64,000 bases of DNA from Bacteroidales bacterium (GTDB lineage Bacteria > Bacteroidota > Bacteroidia > Bacteroidales > VadinHA17). A program made the translations under genes and the position numbers. The stretch spans positions 130,776 through 194,775 of the forward strand of contig DATGYZ010000031.1 of the NCBI GenBank assembly GCA_035297425.1, in the 5' to 3' direction. The notes under the pieces were generated by a model, which did not search any database, was not told the DNA's origin, and saw only the letters and a list, made by a program, of their open reading frames with translations. Below are positions 41,809 to 50,803 of this stretch, in pieces (position 1 is the first letter of the stretch; each line of letters opens with the position of its first letter).

Positions 41809-41833
41809 GGGATCCGTGAGGATCCCTTTTTTT
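41809..41833 (+). terminator. intrinsic terminator of the EF-G paralog gene
   Basis: GGGATCC-GTGA-GGATCCC stem-loop followed by TTTTTTT. Confidence 0.8.
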
Positions 41834-41837
41834 ATGG

Positions 41838-41969
41838 TCTTGCAGATCTTGCAGATGATAAAGTATAGCAGGTTGGCAGGTCGTGCAGGTAATGTGACCG
41901 GCCCCATGGTCCCTAGACACCAGGACTCCAGGACGCCAGGACACCTAGACCCAAGACTCCCAGACACAA
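41838..41969. repeat. short-period low-complexity repeats (2x TCTTGCAGA, 3x GCAGGT, 7x 8-nt WRGACNCC units)
   Basis: 41914-41969 reads TAGACACC AGGACTCC AGGACGCC AGGACACC TAGACCCA AGACTCCC AGACACAA. Confidence 0.85.
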
Positions 41970-42005
41970 AAAAACAAAAGAATCAGGAAGAAACCTGATC
42001 TTTTG
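41968..42005 (-). terminator. intrinsic terminator of the RND efflux operon
   Basis: Stem CAAAAGATCAGG / CCTGAT(T)CTTTTG followed on the minus strand by a 7-U run. Confidence 0.65.
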
Positions 42006-42031
42006 TCTTTTTATCTTTTACATTAACTGGG

Positions 42032-42325
42032 TTAAACTGTTTTCAGGACATCCCAGACAAAGGCTCTGATTCCAACTTCTTCATTGATTACATCTATCCT
42101 CTTTACCTTGTCAAGGATTGTATCAACAAGGCTGTCATCTACTATTGCAAGGAGCGATTTGTTGATCTCCGGCCAGGTGTGAGTTCCAAGGTGAGGCACA
42201 CCACTGCTGGTACCTCTTCCCTGGACATTTTCCCAAAGTGAATAACCTTTTATCCCGAGCTTATCCATCATGTAGTCGATCTTCTCGGTGTGCGCCTGAT
42301 TGTATATTATCATTACTGCTTTCAT
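42032..42325 (-). CDS. small P-II-like, RND-transporter-associated protein
   Basis: 97 aa with a beta-alpha-beta pattern. Last gene of the efflux operon. It resembles the small proteins annotated as PG0541-family transporter-associated in Bacteroidota, though that name is from memory. Confidence 0.5.
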   Translation of the reverse strand: MKAVMIIYNQAHTEKIDYMMDKLGIKGYSLWENVQGRGTSSGVPHLGTHTWPEINKSLLAIVDDSLVDTILDKVKRIDVINEEVGIRAFVWDVLKTV

Positions 42326-42415
42326 CTGTAAAATATTTTGTTTTTAATGTCTGCCCGGAACCCGCATGTTTATAAACTTTTATTCCTGTGTGCTTGAAAC
42401 ATGCGGGTCCATGAG

Positions 42416-45400
42416 TTACTGATTCAAAGGTTTTGCACTGCCATTTTCATCCATGAAGTTGAAATCTGAATAATCTGCGAGGTTCCTGTTCCTCTTTACA
42501 TTCTTAGCGAACACGGCATAAATTGTAGGTACCAGAACAAGTGTAACAAGTGTGGAGAATATTAGTCCACCGATAACAGCCACACCCATTGGTTTCCAAA
42601 GCTCTGAACCTGAACCGGTACTGAGTGCAAGTGGCAACATTCCAAGAATTGTAGTTGCAGTAGTCATAATAACCGGACGCAACCTCGACCTTCCTGCAAG
42701 TGTAATGGCTTCATAGAGGCTGTAACCTCTGTCTCTCATAAGGTTGATAAAGTCAACAAGCACAATGGCATTCTTGACAACAATACCGATAAGCATTACT
42801 GCACCAATACCAGAAATTGCGCTAAGACTGATACCGGTAAGCGCCAGTGCGACTGCCACTCCTGAAAAAGCAAATGGTATGGAGAACATTATTATGAACG
42901 GCATTCTCAGGGATTCGAACTGCGAAGCCATAATAAGGTAAACAAGGATAAGACTCACAGCCATAAGCATTGCAAGGTCTTTGAAAGCATCCATCTGATC
43001 CTGAATTGCTCCTGATATCTGAACCATAACACCTGCCGGCATCTGGATCTCTGAAATATTCTTATTTACATCATCCTGGAGGTCAAGAAGAGACCTCTTA
43101 TAAGGAGTGAATGAAACCCTAACGATCCTTTCCTTACGTTTACGCTCAATATTTGGTGGTGACCAGTATTCCTTGATTGTGGCTATCTCACCAAGACGGA
43201 GTGTTTGTCCCATTGGTGTTGTAAGACTGATATTCTGTATGTCTGAAATAGTATTTGTTGACTCCCTGTTAAGACGGACAACCACATCATACTCATCACC
43301 AAATTGCCTAAGCTGGGTTGCAATCAAACCGTCTACCCTGTTTTTCACAGCCATCGATACAGTTGCAGTGTTAAGGCCACTTGCACTCATCTTATTCTGG
43401 TCGAAAATGATCTGCAGCTCGGGCTTAGATTTGTCACGGCTTATTGTAACATCCTTTGCACCCTCGATTTTCTTAATACGTTCGGCAAGATCTTCAGCCA
43501 CAGCGTTCGTTGCCGGAATGTCATAACCATATACTTCAACATCAACAGTGTTACCGCCAAAACTTCCCATATTATCGCTTGTGCTCAGCGTAAAGTTGAT
43601 CACCTCAGGCATTGCATTGAAATCAGCCCTCATTTCCTCAACAATATCAAACACAGATTTGTCCCTGTCTTCAATAGGTACAAGACTCAGTCCATAGCTA
43701 ATTGAATGGGTACCACCGGCACTGAAGATCGAAGCAAATCCTCCCTGGTCGTCAACACCTGCTGAAGATTCGATGATTTTTACTTCAGGATATTTTGACT
43801 GGATCATTTCTGTGATCCTTCCTGCAATTTTGACTGTTTCATCAACCCTTGTTCCTGTCTGGAGCTCAACTGTTGCCGAGATCCTCGATTCATCAGCCTG
43901 TGGGAAAAATTCAGTGTTGATAATTGTAAACAAGGCCATAGAGCCTGCAAAAACAATTGTAGCAGCAATTACAATGAATGATTTATGATGTAAGGACCAT
44001 CTTAATGTTCTTTCGTAGAAATGATCGAACTTGTCAAGTCCTTTACGAATGCTTCCGTCGTACGACCAGAATGGTGCGTCCTTCCTGATCGGATACCATT
44101 TCAGCATCAGAGCGCTTAATGTTGGTGTAAGGGTGATTGCTGCAAATACGGATGTGACGATTGTAATTGTAACAATCATACCAAGCTGTTTGAAGAGCAC
44201 GCCGGTAAGACCTTTAACAAAGGTAAGAGGGAAGAAGACCGCAACTACTGTTAATGTTGTAACAATAACTGCCAGCCAGACCTCATTGGTAGCATAAATT
44301 GCAGCTTCCCTGGGTCGGCTTCCCCGTTCAATATGTTTTGTAATGTTTTCGAGGACAACAATGGCATCATCCACAACCATACCAATAGCAATGGAAAGTG
44401 ATGTAAGAGATATAATATTGATTGATGCTCCTGTAACGAACAGATAAATGAAAGCTACAATGAGCGATATGGGTATTGTTAATATGATTATGAATGTCGC
44501 CCTCCATCTGCCAAGGAAGAATAAAACAACAAGTATTACGAAGATTCCGGCATACATCAGGGTCTCTGAAAGGTTATTAATTGAGTCTTTGATGAATGTG
44601 GCACTGTCGAAAAGCTTCTGGATCTTTACATCCTGTGGGAGGTCATTGACAAGACTTGCAAGGCTCTTCTCCACCTCTTCGGTTACCTTTACAGTGTTTC
44701 CTCCAGATTGCTTCTGAACGTACATTACCATTCCCTTCTCGCCATTTACTCTTGTATCGAGCTTTGTTTCACGTATTGTGTCCTTTACAACTGCAATATC
44801 TTTCAGGTAAACAGCATTCCCGTTATAGTTGCTTATAACAAGGTTCTGAAGAACATCACTCTCGGGGAACTCACCCTGGATTCTCAAGGGGTAATCGGTT
44901 TTACCCATTTCTATATAACCCGCAGGCATGTTCATATTCTCAGCCCTTATGACATTGCCAATCTGTTCAATGCTCAGGTTATAAGCTTCCATTCTCCTGG
45001 GATCAACATCGATATATATCTTCCTCCCCGGAACACCTGCAAGAGAAACAGAGCCTACACCCTCGATCCTGTTGAGCGGGTTGACAATCTTCTCATCAAG
45101 TATCTTCTCAAGACCGGAATAACTTTCCTTTGCAGTGATGGTATAGAAAATCACAGGCATCATGTTTGTGCTGAACTTCATGATAGTAGGTCTTTCACTG
45201 CCTTCCGGAAGAAAACGTTCAATAAAGTTCAGGTTACTTCGTATATCGTTAGAAGCCTCATCAAGGTTGGTTCCATAATCAAACTGCATAAAAACTACTG
45301 ACGAACCATCACTCGATGTTGATGTCATTTCCTTCAGCTTACTTACTGAATTGAGGGCATCCTCCAGTGGTCTTGTGATATTTGATTCAATATCAGCAGC

Positions 45401-45565
45401 ACTCGCCCCGGGATAAGTGGTGTATACAACTACGAAAGGCAATTCCATCTCAGGATAAAGATCCACAGGCAATTGCACTAATGAATAAATTCCCATAACC
45501 ATCAGGCCCACAAAGATCAGGATTGTGGTTATAGGCCTTTTAACTGATGAACTATATATGCTCAT
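42416..45565 (-). CDS. RND efflux transporter permease (AcrB/HAE1-like)
   Basis: 1049 aa, 12-TM with two large periplasmic loops. Typical AcrB-family N-terminus (RPITTILIFVGLMVMGIYSL). Confidence 0.9.
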   Translation of the reverse strand: MSIYSSSVKRPITTILIFVGLMVMGIYSLVQLPVDLYPEMELPFVVVYTTYPGASAADIESNITRPLEDALNSVSKLKEMTSTSSDGSSVVFMQFDYGTNLDEASNDIRSNLNFIERFLPEGSERPTIMKFSTNMMPVIFYTITAKESYSGLEKILDEKIVNPLNRIEGVGSVSLAGVPGRKIYIDVDPRRMEAYNLSIEQIGNVIRAENMNMPAGYIEMGKTDYPLRIQGEFPESDVLQNLVISNYNGNAVYLKDIAVVKDTIRETKLDTRVNGEKGMVMYVQKQSGGNTVKVTEEVEKSLASLVNDLPQDVKIQKLFDSATFIKDSINNLSETLMYAGIFVILVVLFFLGRWRATFIIILTIPISLIVAFIYLFVTGASINIISLTSLSIAIGMVVDDAIVVLENITKHIERGSRPREAAIYATNEVWLAVIVTTLTVVAVFFPLTFVKGLTGVLFKQLGMIVTITIVTSVFAAITLTPTLSALMLKWYPIRKDAPFWSYDGSIRKGLDKFDHFYERTLRWSLHHKSFIVIAATIVFAGSMALFTIINTEFFPQADESRISATVELQTGTRVDETVKIAGRITEMIQSKYPEVKIIESSAGVDDQGGFASIFSAGGTHSISYGLSLVPIEDRDKSVFDIVEEMRADFNAMPEVINFTLSTSDNMGSFGGNTVDVEVYGYDIPATNAVAEDLAERIKKIEGAKDVTISRDKSKPELQIIFDQNKMSASGLNTATVSMAVKNRVDGLIATQLRQFGDEYDVVVRLNRESTNTISDIQNISLTTPMGQTLRLGEIATIKEYWSPPNIERKRKERIVRVSFTPYKRSLLDLQDDVNKNISEIQMPAGVMVQISGAIQDQMDAFKDLAMLMAVSLILVYLIMASQFESLRMPFIIMFSIPFAFSGVAVALALTGISLSAISGIGAVMLIGIVVKNAIVLVDFINLMRDRGYSLYEAITLAGRSRLRPVIMTTATTILGMLPLALSTGSGSELWKPMGVAVIGGLIFSTLVTLVLVPTIYAVFAKNVKRNRNLADYSDFNFMDENGSAKPLNQ

Positions 45566-45576
45566 AAAAATGTTTT

Positions 45577-46731
45577 TTACTGTTTAATTTCAATCCTGTC
45601 ACCGTTTATCAGCCTGGCCTGACCTTCTGTGACAAGGCTGTCACCTTCCTTAAGATTATCTGAGATAATCTCGATCATCTCATCAAATCTTTTCCCGGGC
45701 ACTACCTGAACTCTTTCTGCTTTTCCGTTCCTGGCAACAAAGACAAACCTTGTATTGGTACCTTCCTGGGTGAGCACATTATTTGCTGGGACAACAAAAG
45801 CATCAACTTCTCCGAGGTCCATTGATACCCTTACAAACATACCTGGCTTGAGCATCTCATTCCTGTTAGGTACCTGGAGCTCAACATCGAAAGTTCTTGT
45901 TGCAGGATTAACAACAGGAGCAATCCTTGAAACTGTGCCGGTAAACTCTTCACCGGGGTATACATCGGCAGTAATCTGTGCTTTCATACCGCGTTTGATT
46001 GAAGGGTAGAACTGCTCAGAAATGCTGACATCAACTTTCAACGGTGATATCTGCATTACTGTAACGATTGCCGATTTTCCTGTCTGGGTTGTAGGGGCTC
46101 CTGAATACATTTCGCCGTCTTCAAAATATTTTCCTGTGACAATACCATTGAATGGAGCCTTTATGAGTGTATTTTCCTCCATGAATTCCACATTTGATTT
46201 TGTAACGTCGTACTGGGTCTTCATCTGGTCGTACTGTTGCTGTCTTGCACTTCCGGTTTTAAGAAGAGTATCAAGTCTTGAAATGTCTTTTTCGAGACTG
46301 CTCATCTGTAGCTTAAGCTGAAGAAGCTGGGTCCTGTCCATCAGGAATAATTCCTGTCCTTTTGAAACCCTGTCTCCTATCTCAACATTGATCTTCTGGA
46401 TCCGGCCGGGTGTTGATGGGACAAGGTTAATTTCCTCAAAAGGTTTTATTGTTGCAGAATAGTCAATTGTCTTGTTTATCCTTGTCCTGGATATTGATTC
46501 AACCTTTACAGGTATGATGCCTCTCCCGGAAACAGATAAAGAATCATTGCCTGTATCGGCTGTAGTGTTCGTTTTAGCAGCGCATCCTGCGAGCAGGACT
46601 ATACTGATAAGAATTACCGGGAAAAATTTCAAAGATTTCATCATAGTACTTTTATAATTATAGGAATTAAGGAAACCGCGGGATTCAGATTTTGCGGATT
46701 TCATCAGTGAGTTTTTGAAGGTGTTTGACAT
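45577..46731 (-). CDS. RND efflux periplasmic adaptor (membrane fusion protein)
   Basis: HlyD-like lipoyl, hairpin and beta-barrel pattern. A lipoprotein signal (LLAGC) suggests the true start may be Met30 at 46644. Confidence 0.85.
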   Translation of the reverse strand: MSNTFKNSLMKSAKSESRGFLNSYNYKSTMMKSLKFFPVILISIVLLAGCAAKTNTTADTGNDSLSVSGRGIIPVKVESISRTRINKTIDYSATIKPFEEINLVPSTPGRIQKINVEIGDRVSKGQELFLMDRTQLLQLKLQMSSLEKDISRLDTLLKTGSARQQQYDQMKTQYDVTKSNVEFMEENTLIKAPFNGIVTGKYFEDGEMYSGAPTTQTGKSAIVTVMQISPLKVDVSISEQFYPSIKRGMKAQITADVYPGEEFTGTVSRIAPVVNPATRTFDVELQVPNRNEMLKPGMFVRVSMDLGEVDAFVVPANNVLTQEGTNTRFVFVARNGKAERVQVVPGKRFDEMIEIISDNLKEGDSLVTEGQARLINGDRIEIKQ

Positions 46732-46733
46732 AA

Positions 46734-48089
46734 TTACATATTATTAAGAAGCTTATCAAGAGCAAGTTTAGTTTGCAGAAGGTTCATAAGAGATGATATA
46801 TAGTTGTTCTCGGCCTGCAGGTAAAGAGAATTGGCCTGTGTCAGATCAAGACTTGAAGCCATACCCTGACTGAACTTGTTTTCGGTGCTCTCATAAACTC
46901 TTCGTGAGACTTCGACATTCTCTTTCTGGCTAAGATATTGCTGGTTTGCATTTACAAGATTGTACCTGAGCTGTTTTTCCTGTATCAGCAACTGCTCAGC
47001 CACCATCTCTCTTGTGTTTGTTGCTTTGTCAAGGTTAATTTTGGCTCTTTTTATCTGCGAATATCTTTGGCCTGAAGCAAGAATAGGAACCGAAAGCTGC
47101 AGACCTACCATTGAATTTGGGAACCAGCGCTGATCACTTACCTTTTGACCCATTCCATTGGTGCCATAGTTGTAAAATCCTGCAAGTGAGGGCAACACCG
47201 ATGCCTGGGAAGATTTAACTGAAAGAGCGGATATCTTTTGCTGATCTGTAACAAGAGCATAGTCTATATTCCTGTTAAGATCAAACTCCTGTGATAGAAG
47301 TGCCTGTACATTTACTTCATTGAGAAGACTTTCAAGGTCCTGGCTCAGTGTTATTGAAGTTTCGGGGGGAACTCCAAGCTGGAATCTCAAAAGATTGTAA
47401 TTGACTTCTATTGTTCTTTCGAGAGAGCTTTTTGAGTTTACAACCATTGTGAGGTTTGACGCCATCTGATCAACATCTGTCTGCTCGGCCATACCTGCAG
47501 CAAGCATTGACTTTGTTGATTTCAACGTGCCCTGAAGATTTGTTATATTCTGATCAATAATTCCCAGGGATCTTTCAGAAACAAGAATGAGATAATAAGT
47601 TGTTGCAACACCTTCCCTTGTATCCAGTTCTGTTTTGAGGCTGCTCTTTTCACTCAGGCTGTTAGCCAGTTTGGTTGTCTGAATACCAATGTACAGGGGA
47701 GCATTGAAAAGCAACATAGAGGCCTGAACTGAAGCAGAGGTATTGAATTTCTGACCGAATGTAACAGGTATGTATTCACCAGGCCTCCCAAAGAACTCAC
47801 CTGGGAGTAGTGTGGTCATAAGCTTCAGATTGTCAGTGAATGAGCCACTTAAAGACACCTGCGGCAATGCAGTGGAGATCGTTTCCCATATTGCAGCCCT
47901 GGAAGCTTCAATGTCATATTTCGACGAGATCATCATTTTATTATTCTGAACAGCATATTCCTGGGCTTCCTTAAGTGTGAACTTAAGCCTTACGGCTGTA
48001 TGCTGGCCTCTAAGAATGCTGCCTGTCACTACCACAGTCAGAATTACTGACAGGACTTTCTTCAACTTTTTGTTAATTATGGATTTCAT
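46734..48089 (-). CDS. TolC-family outer membrane efflux protein
   Basis: Signal peptide and two tandem OEP repeats. Confidence 0.85.
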   Translation of the reverse strand: MKSIINKKLKKVLSVILTVVVTGSILRGQHTAVRLKFTLKEAQEYAVQNNKMMISSKYDIEASRAAIWETISTALPQVSLSGSFTDNLKLMTTLLPGEFFGRPGEYIPVTFGQKFNTSASVQASMLLFNAPLYIGIQTTKLANSLSEKSSLKTELDTREGVATTYYLILVSERSLGIIDQNITNLQGTLKSTKSMLAAGMAEQTDVDQMASNLTMVVNSKSSLERTIEVNYNLLRFQLGVPPETSITLSQDLESLLNEVNVQALLSQEFDLNRNIDYALVTDQQKISALSVKSSQASVLPSLAGFYNYGTNGMGQKVSDQRWFPNSMVGLQLSVPILASGQRYSQIKRAKINLDKATNTREMVAEQLLIQEKQLRYNLVNANQQYLSQKENVEVSRRVYESTENKFSQGMASSLDLTQANSLYLQAENNYISSLMNLLQTKLALDKLLNNM

Positions 48090-48097
48090 CTTCTGTT

Positions 48098-48739
48098 TTA
48101 TAAAATTCTTATAAAGTTTGCTTCAAGCTTGTCGATTAGTTCAAGACCCTTAACACTGGAAATACCTCTCAGGAAGTTGATAAATGTGTTTCTTATTACA
48201 TCGTTCCTGCTGAACAGCTCATATGGATATAATTCATAATCCATAATTGACGTCCCCAGGTAATACAGGCACCTGTTTGCCAGGTCAGGGTTTACATCTT
48301 TCCTGAAGTAGCCATCTTTAATGCCTTTCTCTATTATTTCCTGATGGTTCCGGTAGTCAGGGAGATCACACTTATATTTCTTGCTGCTAAGTCCAAGTAT
48401 AAACTTTTTAACATCTGCCTGGAAGGCAGGGCTCATTGATTCAAAATGGTTCCTGTTAAATTCAAGAACCCTGAAAATAGCTTCTATAGGATTTTCTGAC
48501 TCCTTGAGGATCCGTTTAAGAAATTCCCTCTGCCGGATAGTCATCCAGTTGAGAACACCCGCAAGAAGTTCGTCTTTATCAGAGAAGATCTCATAGATAG
48601 TTCTTTTAGAAATACCAAGTTCTCCAGCAATGGAGTCCATAGTAACTGACCTGATCCCGAATTTTCGGAACAGTTCTGCCGCACCCTCAATTATCCTGTC
48701 TTTATTGTCCACGTTGCCTGTTTTGGAAAACGGTGGCAA
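48098..48739 (-). CDS. TetR/AcrR-family transcriptional regulator
   Basis: N-terminal HTH (FGIRSVTMDSIAGELGISKRTIYEIFSDKDELL). First gene of the efflux operon. The ORF-track start is TTG. Confidence 0.85.
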   Translation of the reverse strand: MPPFSKTGNVDNKDRIIEGAAELFRKFGIRSVTMDSIAGELGISKRTIYEIFSDKDELLAGVLNWMTIRQREFLKRILKESENPIEAIFRVLEFNRNHFESMSPAFQADVKKFILGLSSKKYKCDLPDYRNHQEIIEKGIKDGYFRKDVNPDLANRCLYYLGTSIMDYELYPYELFSRNDVIRNTFINFLRGISSVKGLELIDKLEANFIRIL

Positions 48740-48883
48740 AAATGAGAAAACTTTTTGAGTTTACAAAGTTTTATAGACTATAATCCCAGGGAATACGGCA
48801 AATGAGGAAAATTTACCGGTGAATGGATCCTGTATTACTTTTAATTAGGCCAACAAATCTATTAAGATTAGTCCTCAGGATTA

Positions 48884-50182
48884 TCACCTGTAGAGGTAAA
48901 CGAAACCTTTCTGAAGTTTTGTATTATAATCAACATCATCCCACCCCCGTGCACGGATAACATAGTAGTAAACACCCGGAGTAGCCTCAATTGCAGTGTC
49001 GTTTATACGTCCGTCCCATCCCTTCCATGAAGCAAGGCTTTCGCCTTCTGCTATATACCTGTAGACCAGCATGCCGCTGCGGCTATAGATTTCGATAAAA
49101 AGGTACCTGAGGGATTTTGCCTCGACAGCAAAATAGTCATTTTGTGAGTCACCATTCGGTGTAAAGACATTAGGTATCTCCAGAGATGATTTCTCAACAA
49201 TAATCTTTGTTTCAAGCATCAATGAATCAATGCAATAATTTTTGCTTTTAACTTTCAGCCTGACAGTATATTCACCTGGCCTGTAATAGGTATGAACAAA
49301 AGGATTTTCAAAGATCCACAGTGAATCCCTTGTTACGGTCCAGGTGACTTTTTCTCCTTTTTTATTCTTCTCACCGAAATCCCAGTTGTATTCGCTGTCA
49401 GCCCTGACAGATTTATCAGTAAAAGCAACTTTAAGAGGTGCTTCACCTGTTATCGGATCTGCTGAGAAATCAGCTTTTACATGGATAGGCACATAAGAAA
49501 AGGAGGCTTCGCTTTTGCATCCCAGGCTATTAGCCTTTAAACTGAAGGTAGTATTCTCAACGGGCAGCCTGTAAGTCCGGTTTGGCTGGTTTTCTAAATT
49601 CAGGATGACGGGATCAATAAAAAGATCAGGAGCAGGAATATATGTTGAAGGTTGTGATGACCACATGAACGACATCTCATTCTTAAGCGAAAGTACCTGG
49701 CCGCTTGTTATATCCCTGTAGCTGAACTGCTGCATGGCGGCAGCTGTGTCGCCATTAAGAGCCAGTCTGTCGCAAAGCTGCTGCTGCAAACTGGCTGATA
49801 CTGAAGGCGGTCTGTCAAATACTATCCACCCTGTATATGTCGCATTAACCCCTCCGGTAATTACCACCCTGTAACCACCTTCCCCAAGGTTGCTGACAGA
49901 AGAGGATACACCGGTACTGGAATTAATATTCTGGCTGAAACTTTTTGTAACATCACTCCATTTGTACCATGAAAATTGGGATGAGGAAGATCCTGGCGGT
50001 AAAGTAATGTTTAATGTTCCGGCCTGTGTTCCGGATGAGTTACAATAAACAAATATAGGATCCTTAATTGCAGGGGCAGATAAATAGGAAGTCAACCTGA
50101 CAGCATTCACTCCCGATGCAGTTAGCTGTGCCGCACATAAGATCGGCTTTAGCAGTAACAGGATGAGAATCAGGTTGCGCAC
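48884..50182 (-). CDS. secreted protein with PKD-like region and T9SS type B (gliding-motility-associated) C-terminal domain
   Basis: Signal peptide. C-terminal motif IPNVFTPNGDSQNDYF and the following ~90 aa. Confidence 0.75.
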   Translation of the reverse strand: MRNLILILLLLKPILCAAQLTASGVNAVRLTSYLSAPAIKDPIFVYCNSSGTQAGTLNITLPPGSSSSQFSWYKWSDVTKSFSQNINSSTGVSSSVSNLGEGGYRVVITGGVNATYTGWIVFDRPPSVSASLQQQLCDRLALNGDTAAAMQQFSYRDITSGQVLSLKNEMSFMWSSQPSTYIPAPDLFIDPVILNLENQPNRTYRLPVENTTFSLKANSLGCKSEASFSYVPIHVKADFSADPITGEAPLKVAFTDKSVRADSEYNWDFGEKNKKGEKVTWTVTRDSLWIFENPFVHTYYRPGEYTVRLKVKSKNYCIDSLMLETKIIVEKSSLEIPNVFTPNGDSQNDYFAVEAKSLRYLFIEIYSRSGMLVYRYIAEGESLASWKGWDGRINDTAIEATPGVYYYVIRARGWDDVDYNTKLQKGFVYLYR

Positions 50183-50368
50183 AAATTATATTTGATTGAA
50201 GAAGAAATAAAAATTCTTCTGCAATTATAATGATTAAAGAGGAAAAACGTCGAGGGAACATAGATTATTGCAGCATGAATGAAACCTGTTCAAGCTATAC
50301 AAATAAAAATCCCGTAAACAAATTGGCATATTTGATATGGGATTTTCTTGTGTAGATTATTTATACCA

Positions 50369-50647
50369 TTACTTCTTTTTTGACTTTTGCATTGAAGTTG
50401 TCGAACGATTCTGTCCAAAATCCTTGCCCGATGCTGATCCTTTTTCCTTACCATAAGCATTTCCCTTTGAATCCGCTTCATGATTTTCATTTTCTTCTTT
50501 TACCTTTTCTTCCTTAACTTTCTTTTCTTTGGCGGTTGCTTCTTTTTTAGGTTTCTCTGCTTTTTGAGTTTGTGGATCCTGTGCAAATGCGTTGTTTGTC
50601 ATTGAAATGATGGCCAGGGCAAATATTAACGATACAAATTTTTTCAT
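50369..50647 (-). CDS. small secreted Lys/Glu-rich protein
   Basis: Clear signal peptide (MKKFVSLIFALAIISMTNNAFA), then a charged low-complexity sequence. Confidence 0.5.
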   Translation of the reverse strand: MKKFVSLIFALAIISMTNNAFAQDPQTQKAEKPKKEATAKEKKVKEEKVKEENENHEADSKGNAYGKEKGSASGKDFGQNRSTTSMQKSKKK

Positions 50648-50803
50648 AGCTTTTAGTTTTAATAAACTTATAATCAGATATTTTTAAAATAAGGATCATG
50701 ACAAGTGCTTTCCATGATGAATGTTAAATATTTGCTATGATAAGAATGTTTCTATTGAAACCATATTTGCTAAATTTGCCCGCCTTCTGAGAAGCAAGAA
50801 ATA

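Noticed and set aside
41726-41998. 90-aa plus-strand ORF overlapping the end of the EF-G paralog and the short-period repeats
   Set aside because: It reads through a strong terminator hairpin. Its Pro/Arg/Asp-rich translation is simply the repeat read in frame.
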